From NCBI GenBank assembly GCA_038741355.1, contig JAVYLC010000002.1:8738-72737 (forward strand): a DNA stretch of 64,000 nucleotides, in the 5' to 3' direction. The stretch's first letter is position 1. Each line of letters begins with the position of its first letter. This DNA comes from Nitrososphaerota archaeon. GTDB lineage: Archaea > Thermoproteota > Nitrososphaeria_A > Caldarchaeales > Calditenuaceae. This document shows, piece after piece, positions 41,113 to 50,730 of this stretch. The notes beneath the pieces are model-generated. The model ran no database searches and was not told the DNA's origin. It worked only from the letters and a program-made list of their open reading frames with translations. A program made the translations under genes and the position numbers.

Positions 41113-42044
41113 CCTTTTGACGCTACTTGTGCCTTCAACGTCACGATGCGTTCGGCAAGCCTGTAGCCAATCGCCGCCGCCTCTGAAACCTCACCACACT
41201 CGACAAGCCTGATGATTTCCCAAGAGTCAGGTAGAGAAACCATACCATCCAATAACAGCCTTCCATCCTCTATACGCGCGTAAGCCGCTACAGGAATGTC
41301 GCATCCACCCCCAATTCTAGCCATGAAGGCCCTCTCTGCCTCAACGCAGATCCTGGTCTCGCGGTGATCTATTCGTTCCAATACTTGGAGGATGTTCGCG
41401 TCATCCTCCATGGCTTCTACAGCGAGGGCACCCTGACCGGGAGCTGGTAGTACCGATTGAACTGGTAAGAATTCCGACACCAAGTCAGCTAGACCGAGCC
41501 TCTTTAACCCCGCGAATGCAAGCACGATGGCATCTAAATTAAGTTCCGAAAGCTTCCTTATCCGGGTGTCAACATTCCCCCTAATCTCTACAATATGCAG
41601 GTCAGGTCTTATGGATAGGAGCTGAACCTTTCTCCTAATACTGCTGGTTCCGACCCTTGCGCCTTCAGGAAGCTCTGATAATCTTTTCCCCTGCCTCGAA
41701 ATTAATACGTCACGAGGATCCTCCCTAGGGGGGACGGCGGCGATTATCAACCCCTTTGGCAGCTTAGCCGGCATATCCTTCATACTATGTACCGCGAAGT
41801 CTATCTCTCCCTCTAAGAGTCGCACTTCTATTGCCTTGACGAAGGCATCCTTGCCCTTCTTGGGCCGACCCTCCTTGAAGTCCTCGTCACCCTCAGTAGC
41901 AATGGGTACGATCTCGAACCTCAGGCCAGGCGAGATCGATCGGAGAGTCTCCACTACCGATTCAGTCTGGTTGATTGCGAGTCTACTCCTCCTACACCCA
42001 ACCCTAATTACTCGGCTCAGCAAGCCCGAACAAATCCCTAGCAA
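41100..42044 (-). CDS. hemC: hydroxymethylbilane synthase (porphobilinogen deaminase)
   Basis: LRIGCRRSRLA...SIRRKVQL matches HemC N-terminal motifs. The dipyrromethane cofactor Cys region GGGCDIPV is present. Confidence 0.9.
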   Translation of the reverse strand: MLGICSGLLSRVIRVGCRRSRLAINQTESVVETLRSISPGLRFEIVPIATEGDEDFKEGRPKKGKDAFVKAIEVRLLEGEIDFAVHSMKDMPAKLPKGLIIAAVPPREDPRDVLISRQGKRLSELPEGARVGTSSIRRKVQLLSIRPDLHIVEIRGNVDTRIRKLSELNLDAIVLAFAGLKRLGLADLVSEFLPVQSVLPAPGQGALAVEAMEDDANILQVLERIDHRETRICVEAERAFMARIGGGCDIPVAAYARIEDGRLLLDGMVSLPDSWEIIRLVECGEVSEAAAIGYRLAERIVTLKAQVASKGWEH

Positions 42045-43251
42045 GCTTCACGTAAAGCTCCCCCTTCTCTGATGCTGCCAGCCTCCTGAGCCGTACAGTG
42101 GGTTCATGTAACAGCTTGTTGACTATGCTCTTTGACAGTGCCTCCAACACGCTAGCATCTCTTTCTTGAGACCCTGTTAGGAGTCTGAGAGCCTTAGAAA
42201 GTTCCCTCTGCCTCAACATCTCCGCCCTCACTCTCACTGATCTAATTATATCATCCGCACTAATGGCACGCAGCCATGCAAAAAGCCTATCAGCCTCCTT
42301 CTCTAACATCTCATCCACGTCCACATTACCGTTAGAGAATCTGGGCGCAGGGGCAAGCGCTTTCAAGTCTTCTATATCGTATAGCTCGACAAAATCATTC
42401 GTGGAAAGGGTAGGGTCGATGTTTCTCGGAACCGAGAGGTCAATCATCACGAGCCTTTTCCCGTCAGCGAAGCCGTTTAACACTCTATCGTCTATCACGT
42501 AGTTTTTTGACGACGTGGCTACTATCACACCATCAACCATGCCTAAGATTTCATGAATGGAGTCTAACCCCGTGACGGACCTCACAAGCCTCTTCGCGTG
42601 CTGAGGCACCGATGATGGATTCCTCGTCGCGACGTATACCTCTTCAAACCCGGCCTGGGCAAGCCCCTCGATTACGGCCTTTCCAATCTTCCCCGCACCT
42701 ACAACTAATACTGGCCGTGACGCGCCGAGCCTTGCCTTCAATAACTGGATCGCGAGTGTGCCTATGTTTATCGAGTCATCTATTCCCACAGCCCTCCTTA
42801 TACGTCTAGCCGCGTTGTAGGATCTGACAAAGAGTTCTTTCACGACCTGACTGTACTTGCCTACGCCATGAAATTTCGCGTCCCTAACTTGTTGAAGTAT
42901 TTGTGTCTCGCCCGGCGCAAGTGAGTCGAGCCCACATGCCACTTCTATCAGATGTTTTATCGCTTCCCTCCCCTCCATCATGTAAAACTGGCATTCCGAC
43001 ACGCCCACCCCAGCGAAAAGTGCTACGATTCTGCGTCGCGGCGCGTCCAGCTTATCAGTAACCAAATAAATCTCAAACCTATTACACGTGAATAGTATGG
43101 AAAGTCCGTAGCTGTCGCAGACCGTATATAAAGCTTGAATCACTCTGTCAAGCGTAAGATCGATGGCTAACCTTTCTAGCACATCCAATGAACAAGTCCT
43201 AAAATTTGATCCTATGAGAAGTATATCTAGCCTAGACTCCTCCACAGCCAT
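42004..43251 (-). CDS. hemA: glutamyl-tRNA reductase
   Basis: The catalytic motif FTCNRFEIY (CNR.E) is present. Rossmann motif VVGAGKIGK. 415 aa. Confidence 0.85.
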   Translation of the reverse strand: MAVEESRLDILLIGSNFRTCSLDVLERLAIDLTLDRVIQALYTVCDSYGLSILFTCNRFEIYLVTDKLDAPRRRIVALFAGVGVSECQFYMMEGREAIKHLIEVACGLDSLAPGETQILQQVRDAKFHGVGKYSQVVKELFVRSYNAARRIRRAVGIDDSINIGTLAIQLLKARLGASRPVLVVGAGKIGKAVIEGLAQAGFEEVYVATRNPSSVPQHAKRLVRSVTGLDSIHEILGMVDGVIVATSSKNYVIDDRVLNGFADGKRLVMIDLSVPRNIDPTLSTNDFVELYDIEDLKALAPAPRFSNGNVDVDEMLEKEADRLFAWLRAISADDIIRSVRVRAEMLRQRELSKALRLLTGSQERDASVLEALSKSIVNKLLHEPTVRLRRLAASEKGELYVKLARDLFGLAEPSN

Positions 43252-43757
43252 GCAGGATAAGTACTTCCACTGTTCCTATATTACTTTTCACTTTCAACAA
43301 AAAAATTCAGTGTTGTTGTGGAATCCACAACACAACTACCTATCTACTTACCCATGAATAAAGAATGAGGACCTAAATATTGAGGGAAGGTTAAGGTGTT
43401 TCGGCCCGTTATACCTCTACGCTTCTCATAGAGCTTTAAAAATATATTTGGTGAACTTCAGGTTGGTTGTCCCTCCAGTTTATAAGAGGTCGGCCCACAA
43501 AAAGTCTAGACCAGCCTTTCACACCGCCGGGGCTTCTCAAAGAGAGCGACCATGGCTCCAGAGCATGGGTAAAGTAGAATACAGATAGAAGTGAGCAGAG
43601 CAGAATATATCAGACTAGGCTGGATGGTCTGGAACCCGTCTATCGTTGGGCTGCTTATCGTCTTTTAGCCATGTCTGCCAGCGGTATTCATGTGGGCAGA
43701 TTTTGAGTGGCTTTAGCGTTAGGGGGGTTGTAAAGGTTATATAACAGGCCCAATAGT

Positions 43758-44231
43758 TTAAGGACTAAAAACTCTTCCCCGTGTTCTAAGAAAGGTGGCG
43801 ATGATGATTATTTGAATTATGATAAGTAGATCATATGAGACGATGAACGGTGGACAGAGAAATGGACAGCTGAACTGCGGAGTGCTTGCTATTGGAGTTA
43901 TGCCGAAGAGGTATAGGGCAAAAGCCTCTACAGGTATTCCTATAGACGGCCCCGTGAGAGGATTGAGCAAGAGGAGGATAAGATACAACATAGCCCAGTA
44001 AAAAGCCAGCCTATAACCTGTACGGGGCTTGAAAAACAGAAGACCGCCTATAGACACTTGGATGATTATAAAAGCGATCAACGCTGTGGCATGGTGTGTC
44101 TTAGGATTGTCAAACCACAATAGTCCATCGAATGCAAGAATAACAAAACTTACTAAAATGGATAGAGCTAACAAAACTCTAATAAGAGTAAAAGTTTTGC
44201 TGAGGCTCATTAGGTTACCAACCTGATCCAC
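43758..44231 (-). CDS. hypothetical 4-TM membrane protein (low GC)
   Basis: 157-aa hydrophobic ORF. It is the first low-GC gene after hemA. Confidence 0.35.
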   Translation of the reverse strand: MDQVGNLMSLSKTFTLIRVLLALSILVSFVILAFDGLLWFDNPKTHHATALIAFIIIQVSIGGLLFFKPRTGYRLAFYWAMLYLILLLLNPLTGPSIGIPVEAFALYLFGITPIASTPQFSCPFLCPPFIVSYDLLIIIQIIIIATFLRTRGRVFSP

Positions 44232-44505
44232 TAATATAAATTTTTCCCGTGATCTAACTTTTAAGAATCACACCATTTTTATATGCGTAGATATTGTGCG
44301 TAAATCCTCTAGTTTACTAGTTACAAAAACTCCGGCTAACCATATTTCAGTGGGATGCTGGTCCAACCCAAGACTCACTATGCTGACTTACATAGGGAAG
44401 ACAGGGAGTTATAACAAATATGCGCGCTGGAGCATATATTGAAGAAATTGTTAAATAATCCAATGTGTAATGACGGTATCCCGGTCTTAAGGACATAGCC
44501 ATCTT

Positions 44506-45107
44506 TAACATTGGCTCTGTTAACTTAAGGCTTTTGGTCTAGGGCTGTGGTTGTTTGGTCATGTTTGTTGGGCAGAGGACGGCTTTACCCGTGGTCCTCT
44601 ACGGGCTTTACCTCGTAGCCCTAGGCCTAGGCTTCGGGAGTGCAGCTATGGCTCTTAAACCTTTCGTAGACAGGAGTCATGTGGCTGTCTGGAAGTGGGT
44701 TCAGAGGCTTCTAGGATTCAGGAGGATCTTCGGGGCTAGGTGCAGGGTATCCCTATCCTCTTGGATGAGACGGCTGTCATGGTTAAAGGCCTCCTAGCAT
44801 GGGTGTGGGTTGCATATGAGCCTTTCAGCAAAAGAACCCTGGTATATTGGAGCATGCGCTAGGCTTGGTCTAACCCATCACAGATACAGGTTTGGGGATT
44901 GGCTCTTCCAAGCAATTGAGAGGGCTGTACAGATGCTCAAGGACAGGACGGAAAACTTCGACGACTACTTCCCATGCAGAAAGAAAGCATGCATTCTAGG
45001 GCATGTATGGAGCTGGCTGAACCTATTCCACATATTCAACCAGCCAGAGACGCTACATCTGATGAAGACCATAACAGGGGTGATAGAGATGGCTTAAGTT
45101 AACAGAG
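44506..45107 (+). mobile_element. degenerate IS6-family insertion sequence, copy 1
   Basis: Imperfect terminal inverted repeats: ggctctgttaacttaagg at 44508-44525 and cttaagttaacagagcc at 45090-45106. Flanked by TTAACATT at 44498-44505 and 45111-45118. Confidence 0.6.
44555..45097 (+). pseudogene. IS6-family transposase, frameshifted (two ORF pieces)
   Basis: The pieces 44555-44797 and 44810-45097 align with the intact neighbouring transposase (FVDRSHVAVWKWVQR versus FRVSHQSVRGWFLR). This is the IS6 HTH signature VS/DHSTIyRWVQk. Confidence 0.6.
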
Positions 45108-45118
45108 CCCTTAACATT

Positions 45119-45768
45119 GGGACTGTCAACTTAAGGCCACCCATGACCTTATCCACTTCTCTGATACCTTAGGCCTGTATGTTGGGGAGCATGTGTTGAA
45201 CTGTTTTATTCTTCTCTTGAGCTTGCTGAACCAAGACTCTATCGCGTTCCTCCTGCCGAATGTCTCTACCCTCCTCCTAAAGCCCAGAATCTTCATGGGC
45301 CATCGGTACCATGGAGCCCTATCCGTGTAGACGGTAGGGTTATTAGCGCACCTATCCCTAACCACCTCAAGGAACCTTATACACTCGGCTATCCCCCTAC
45401 CCCTAGATACCTGGACTGCCATCACCTCCCTAGCAGCCCATAGATAGGCCCTCCTGACGAGATTACGGATTACTATCGGCCCACGCCTACGCCTATCTAC
45501 AAGTGAGAAGGCCTCACCAGCCCTAAGGAACCAACCCCTAACAGACTGATGGCTCACCCTGAATCCTAGCTCTCCTAAGACCTCTGCAACCCCTCTAAGA
45601 CTGAGCCCCCTCCACATACATCCTGACAGCAAGCCCCCTAACCCATGAAGGATAACGCATACGAGGAAAGACACTTCTATCACCAAAGAAACCCATAAGA
45701 CGGCCTAGGCCGACCCCAACTCTATCCACCCCCAACTAATGGGAAGGCCCAGACCATAGACCTTAAGT
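45119..45768 (-). mobile_element. IS6-family insertion sequence, copy 2 (intact)
   Basis: Perfect 18-bp terminal inverted repeats: GGGACTGTCAACTTAAGG at 45119-45136 and CCTTAAGTTGACAGTCCC at 45751-45768. An 8-bp direct repeat TTAACATT flanks both sides, which is the TSD length typical of IS6. Confidence 0.7.
45126..45686 (-). CDS. IS6-family DDE transposase (short form, 186 aa)
   Basis: HTH motif LGFRVSHQSVRGWFLRAGE. TDRAPWY. C-terminal RRNAIESWFSKLKRR resembles the IS6 N.IE..H..IKRR catalytic E/K region. Confidence 0.65.
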   Translation of the reverse strand: MVIEVSFLVCVILHGLGGLLSGCMWRGLSLRGVAEVLGELGFRVSHQSVRGWFLRAGEAFSLVDRRRRGPIVIRNLVRRAYLWAAREVMAVQVSRGRGIAECIRFLEVVRDRCANNPTVYTDRAPWYRWPMKILGFRRRVETFGRRNAIESWFSKLKRRIKQFNTCSPTYRPKVSEKWIRSWVALS

Positions 45769-45827
45769 TGACAGTCCCTTAACATTTGAAGAAAAGCTTA
45801 AATCATAATGCAGAGGGATAGTTAAGT

Positions 45828-46163
45828 ATGGCTGACAAACCTATAAAGAGGCTGTTCTCATGGCTTTTACTAAGCACGAGGGGTGGACCTACACGTCTTC
45901 TAATACTTTTACTTCTCCGGAAAGGGTCAGCCAACGCTAATCAGATAGCGAATTCGCTTCATCTCCACTATAAAACTGTTCAATATCACTTGGAGGTTTT
46001 ATTGGAGAATAAGCTAGTCGAAGCTGATGACGTGAAATATGACGTAAAATATAGGTTATCCCCGCTCGTCCTTGCAAACATGGATGTTTTCGAGTCATTA
46101 ATAGATGAGATTTTCTCACATAGAGAAGAGAAGGTGAGTATAGTGTGGGACCTCTCTGGATAA
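45828..46163 (+). CDS. winged helix-turn-helix transcriptional regulator (ArsR-like)
   Basis: 111 aa. NQIANSLHLHYKTVQYHLEVLLENKLV is an HTH recognition-helix pattern. Confidence 0.5.
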   Translation: MADKPIKRLFSWLLLSTRGGPTRLLILLLLRKGSANANQIANSLHLHYKTVQYHLEVLLENKLVEADDVKYDVKYRLSPLVLANMDVFESLIDEIFSHREEKVSIVWDLSG

Positions 46164-46429
46164 CTAATATTGTAGTATCTATCATGATTGTTTTAGGTCT
46201 TTTATACTCGCTAAGAAACTATCTAATAACGCGAAGGCTTGCCAGAACCAAATTTACAAACGCTCTTGTCGCATTAACGGCGATTTTCTTACTCCAAAAC
46301 GTTTACGCTGCATACATGTTCTACGTGCTCTCTTGGAGCTATGATGTGGAGATAGCTTATCCTCTTCTAATGCTAAATCTTCTCGGCCTAGCTGGCTTCA
46401 GCATATTCGTATATCTTTCACACGTATAA
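46145..46429 (+). CDS. small membrane protein (3 TM)
   Basis: Hydrophobic 94-aa ORF. Overlaps the regulator gene by 19 bp. Confidence 0.3.
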   Translation: MGPLWITNIVVSIMIVLGLLYSLRNYLITRRLARTKFTNALVALTAIFLLQNVYAAYMFYVLSWSYDVEIAYPLLMLNLLGLAGFSIFVYLSHV

Positions 46430-46790
46430 AGCCAGTATTTGACAGAAACATTACAAAACTCGGGCCAGTATGGCGGCTCATCACTAATTTTCAAAGACGC
46501 AGGAACAATTAGGGTGAGACCTACATAGAGAGGATGGGGTTTATAGGTGTGATGGAGAGTGGGGAATGTATTCGTCTGTCCTTGGACCTCCTAATTGGAA
46601 GCTTTCGTTTATATGTGTCGCAGTGTCGATAAGACTTCGCAGGCACTATCGTAATAGATCAGCTAGCACGTATGCTCACTACAGCCCGGCCCACTACATC
46701 TCAAGCCAAGGATACGCTGTATGTCATACATTTTTAAGGTTTTGAAGATTTGGGGGAAAGATTAACTTTAGGTCTGAAGTTTTATCTGAG

Positions 46791-47942
46791 ATGTTGAATT
46801 ACTTAAAGAAGCGTGAAGTGTTTATCTCTGTTCTACTTCAGCTCGCTCTAGCATTCTTCTTCGCTCATGGATATGATTTCCGTGTAAACTATCTGGCTGG
46901 AAGAAATATTGTTTTAGGTTTGTCTCCTTACCAGGGCGGATATTTAGAGGGGCCGTTGGCTGTAGGGTATGGCCCGTATGTGCAGGGTTTGGGTGAAACT
47001 CCTTTGTGGGCCCTTTACGCAGGACTAGCGTACATTGCATCAGCAGGCAACTTATTCCTCTTTAACTTGATTCTAAAGATACCTATCATCATTGCGAATG
47101 TAGCCCTCAGCTTTCTTACAATGAAAAAAGGTGGCGACAGTTTCTTCTTCCTCTACAATCCATACCTTCTCTTAGTCTCTGCAGTATGGGGAAAACCTGA
47201 TAATGTGGCAGTATTGCTCGCAGTAGCATCAATTACCATATTGCATAGATACTATGGCTCTTTGTCGGTGGCTGTATCGGTGATGATCAAGCCGCTGGCT
47301 CTTGTAATGGCGCCATCATTCATACTGGCTTGGTGGAAAGAGAAGGAAAAAATATTCATCGCTTTTGTAGCGTTGGTTCTGATGTTTTTTACACCTTTCG
47401 TCTTATTGAACTGGAGGTTGGAGACTGTCGTCTATGGATTTCCTAACTGGTTTAGATCAGTTGGTGGGATATCTCCGTTTGATTTTGTAGAAGCAGTTTA
47501 CGGGACATCAACCGTACCCACGTGGCTTGAGCCTATATCATATCTTTCGGCGGTCTCTCTAGCGGTTATGGTTATGTTGGCGATTAAGCGCCCACCGACG
47601 AGTATTGATGGTATATTCCGTCTAGGTCTTGTCTCTGCATCTCTTTTCTTTAGCCTTCGCCCATGGGTGTCGGAGCAAAACCTTCTCATCATTTTGTCGC
47701 TTTTTATCATTGTCTGCGGCAGACTGCCTTCCCGGCTGCTTTGGATAATTCCTTTGATATTCGCTGGTCTTAATCTATCGATACCACAACAGCTATATCT
47801 TTTATATCCCTCAATAATTGAGGATCTTATTGCTTTAAATCATCCTATCAGGTACTGGCTTAAGTTCGTAGTGTCGGTAGCCTGGGTTATTGTTCTATGG
47901 ACGGTGCTGGTTAAAAAGTGTCTGTGGAAGTGGTGGATTTAA
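46791..47942 (+). CDS. polytopic membrane protein, possible GT-C-type glycosyltransferase (DUF2029/PMT-like)
   Basis: 383 aa with ~10 TM segments. An acidic first loop (HGYDF) and W-rich periplasmic loops are present. No definitive motif was found. Confidence 0.35.
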   Translation: MLNYLKKREVFISVLLQLALAFFFAHGYDFRVNYLAGRNIVLGLSPYQGGYLEGPLAVGYGPYVQGLGETPLWALYAGLAYIASAGNLFLFNLILKIPIIIANVALSFLTMKKGGDSFFFLYNPYLLLVSAVWGKPDNVAVLLAVASITILHRYYGSLSVAVSVMIKPLALVMAPSFILAWWKEKEKIFIAFVALVLMFFTPFVLLNWRLETVVYGFPNWFRSVGGISPFDFVEAVYGTSTVPTWLEPISYLSAVSLAVMVMLAIKRPPTSIDGIFRLGLVSASLFFSLRPWVSEQNLLIILSLFIIVCGRLPSRLLWIIPLIFAGLNLSIPQQLYLLYPSIIEDLIALNHPIRYWLKFVVSVAWVIVLWTVLVKKCLWKWWI

Positions 47943-48595
47943 AGATAGTCGTTAGAGGATTAGCGGCTGTACATATTTTATGGGGGCTATCCCTTCTACT
48001 AGAGCCTACTAGGTATGTTTCTAAACCTATCATACCTGCTTTATTCGCGTCTATACATTTTATAATCTTCCTCCTACTGTTGACTCATGAGAAGTACGGA
48101 GCTGTTTTGGGGTCTGTTTTTCTAACCTACTATTGGTTTTTTGTTAAACCTATCGCGCCGATAGCTGAGCCTCAAACAGTTGGGATACTTAGCATCACAC
48201 TATCCATTCTAACACCATATGCCCCAAAACTGTCGCCAGATAAACATGGAACAATTCAGGATGCTCTACTGAGACTTGGCTTGGCCTATCCCTTTATTGA
48301 GTGGGGGTTAGATGCTTTCCGTAACCCTCTTCATTTCAAATCATATCTTTCTGGAAATGTTATAACATCTTTTCTTATACCGACAGGTCTCCTCGACCTG
48401 GCTGTATTATGTCTTGGTTTATTTGAAGTTTCTCTATCGCTTCTAATTTTGACAGGTTTTAAGAGGCGTGTAGTCTCGTTCCTGACATTCTCTGTATTGA
48501 TTGTTTTTTCCTTAGTGGCCGGCTATCCACTCGCGCTACCTCAGAACATAGCTCTCATGGGCGTTGCATATATTTGGCTTAAGCCATCTTCTTGA
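47918..48595 (+). CDS. membrane protein (DoxX-like, 5-6 TM)
   Basis: 225-aa hydrophobic ORF. Overlaps the upstream gene by 25 bp. Confidence 0.35.
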   Translation: MSVEVVDLKIVVRGLAAVHILWGLSLLLEPTRYVSKPIIPALFASIHFIIFLLLLTHEKYGAVLGSVFLTYYWFFVKPIAPIAEPQTVGILSITLSILTPYAPKLSPDKHGTIQDALLRLGLAYPFIEWGLDAFRNPLHFKSYLSGNVITSFLIPTGLLDLAVLCLGLFEVSLSLLILTGFKRRVVSFLTFSVLIVFSLVAGYPLALPQNIALMGVAYIWLKPSS

Positions 48596-49958
48596 ACTTA
48601 TGATCTGTGTAGAATTCCCATGGCTTCAGCAATATATAAAATGGTCCAATCTTTTTCCTCAGCTTGGCTTGGGTCACAGCTTTCCACATGCCATACTTGA
48701 GTTTCTCTATGCTGAAGTCGTGTTTAAAGAGTAGGCGATGGTCATAGCCGTGAAGGGGTTTCTCCCATTCCTCTACAAGCATCTTATCTTTTACCATTTC
48801 ATAAAGTTTGGTTCCAGGAAGCGGGTAAGGTACTGTCATGGAGAAATAGTCAAGGGGGAGGCTTGACGCCATTTTTATTGTTTTTAGCATTGTCTCGTTT
48901 GTCTCACCAGGATATCCGAGTATGAAAAACGCGCCAACTTTTATGCCGGCCTTAACACCCGTATAAACAGCTTTCTTAGACTGCTCAACTGTCAGTCTTT
49001 TATTCATGAGTTGAAGCGTCCTATCATCGCCTGCCTCGAGTCCGAAAATTATTTTATGGCATCCTGCGCGTTTCATGGCTTTAGCGACCTCTGCGTCGAA
49101 CAGATCAGCCCTAGCCAGACACTCCCATAGGATGTCCAGCTTCCTATCCATTATTTCGCGACATAGCCGTAGAACATGTCTTTTATTGGCTATAAACAGC
49201 TCATCAGCAAACCATATCCTTTCATAGCCAAACTTATACCGTATCTCCTCCATCTCGTCGACTATGTTTTCAGGGCTTCTTGTACGATAAACGCGGCCGT
49301 AGTCTGGCCGCCAGCAAAAACCGCATGAAAAAGGGCAGCCCCGCGAGGCTATCATCGAGGTCATGGTGTATCCGTAGTTTCGGAGATAGTACCGCTTATA
49401 GTGATCGTTATCATATAGATCCCTAGCCGGGAAGGGTAGGTCGTCTAAGTTTTTTATGAGAGGCCTTTGCCCCGTGAAGAAGTGACTGTCACTGTTGGCT
49501 GGAACAGCTTGGGTGGTCTTTTTTAAAAATTGCCCAGAAATGTGCAGGCCTTTAACACGCTGGAATTTCATGCTGTTATCTAATTCGGTCATTAGCTCAA
49601 GCATTGCTTCCTCACCTTCACCCTGAACAGCGATATCGAATAGGCCGAGGAATTTTGCCGGATATGCTGAAGGCATGGGTCCACCGGCGACAAGTAGCTC
49701 TACCTTCTCCCTTAGCGCAGAGGCTATATCCAATGCCGGCTTCACCATCGAAAGCATGCTGTAGATGCCTACTACCCTTGACTGCGCCGCTTCTCTTATA
49801 ACGTCTTCTATTTTTTTGAATGTACAGTCAATGATTTTGACTTTGTATCCATGCATTCTAATATACGATGCAATATATCCTATGCCCAGCGGTGGAAACT
49901 TAAAAGATCTAGACCTACCGTCATCGAAGTATGGAAAGATGAGCGCTAAGTCATTCAA
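48579..49958 (-). CDS. B12-binding domain radical SAM protein (class B rSAM)
   Basis: N-terminal cobalamin-binding Rossmann-like region (LGIGYIASYIRMHGYKVKIID). The radical-SAM motif CPFSCGFC follows. 459 aa. Confidence 0.8.
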   Translation of the reverse strand: MNDLALIFPYFDDGRSRSFKFPPLGIGYIASYIRMHGYKVKIIDCTFKKIEDVIREAAQSRVVGIYSMLSMVKPALDIASALREKVELLVAGGPMPSAYPAKFLGLFDIAVQGEGEEAMLELMTELDNSMKFQRVKGLHISGQFLKKTTQAVPANSDSHFFTGQRPLIKNLDDLPFPARDLYDNDHYKRYYLRNYGYTMTSMIASRGCPFSCGFCWRPDYGRVYRTRSPENIVDEMEEIRYKFGYERIWFADELFIANKRHVLRLCREIMDRKLDILWECLARADLFDAEVAKAMKRAGCHKIIFGLEAGDDRTLQLMNKRLTVEQSKKAVYTGVKAGIKVGAFFILGYPGETNETMLKTIKMASSLPLDYFSMTVPYPLPGTKLYEMVKDKMLVEEWEKPLHGYDHRLLFKHDFSIEKLKYGMWKAVTQAKLRKKIGPFYILLKPWEFYTDHKFKKMA

Positions 49959-50730
49959 GCTGTTTAAACACCAGCCGGTAACGAAGTGTGTCCTTCTCTT
50001 CCGGAAATTCTAAGCTTACGCCGGCCCAGTCGAGGCGGTTACCAAGCACCTCCCTGCCGGCAAAGGACTTAACATCATCTGGCCTATCAATAATCATCGA
50101 AAGTTTTAGAGAAGGTGAAACTAGTTCGACAACACCGTTTTCAAGTTTCATCCAAGGCGGCAGGTTCTTCTTTACGCCCTCAATTCTCATGTATGTGAAC
50201 AACCTCCCTGAGAGCTCATTTGCGACAAGAACGCGCATATTCTTGGGTGTATCTCGCCTAGCAGTAACTTCTACCTCGGATCCATTTATTCTGTACATCA
50301 GATGTACTGATCCATATGCCTTTAGTTGTATGTAGCGGCTTTTTACACCTAAGAGTGTACGTCCAGTCATTAACATGAAGTATAGTGGCCTAAGCGCCTT
50401 GCTCTGTAAGTAGAGAGGTGACAACAGTCTCTTTAGCTTCCTATAGAGTTTATCGATACACGCTTTTGAGAGGTATTTTACTGATACGCCGTCTAGCTGG
50501 ATTTTTCTGGCTATGAATCCATTATTAATTTGACGTGTCTCAGCCGTGAGTGGGAAAAGGGTCCTCCTACCTAATATTCCCACAACACCTCCTAACCCTA
50601 TCCCCTCGCCAATCAAAGCTAAGCCATCTAAAACTGGCACAAGACCACGTACAACACCCTCGATCTCATGTGAAGGGGTAGAAGGTGTGTTAAATGTAAA
50701 GAAAAGTCTCTCGACTAGTCTACTCATCAA
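49951..50730 (-). CDS. hypothetical protein, 8-bp overlap with the B12-rSAM gene (probable partner)
   Basis: 259-aa ORF immediately upstream of the rSAM gene on the same strand. No recognisable motifs. Confidence 0.4.
   Translation of the reverse strand: MMSRLVERLFFTFNTPSTPSHEIEGVVRGLVPVLDGLALIGEGIGLGGVVGILGRRTLFPLTAETRQINNGFIARKIQLDGVSVKYLSKACIDKLYRKLKRLLSPLYLQSKALRPLYFMLMTGRTLLGVKSRYIQLKAYGSVHLMYRINGSEVEVTARRDTPKNMRVLVANELSGRLFTYMRIEGVKKNLPPWMKLENGVVELVSPSLKLSMIIDRPDDVKSFAGREVLGNRLDWAGVSLEFPEEKDTLRYRLVFKQLE

Noticed and set aside
43252-43757. ~500-bp non-coding stretch after hemA, including a 55 % GC segment at 43500-43620, scanned for tRNA or att remnants
   Set aside because: No cloverleaf-compatible sequence was found. 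The closest similarity to the tRNA T-arm (tggaacccg at 43627) is only 8-9 nt and is not convincing.
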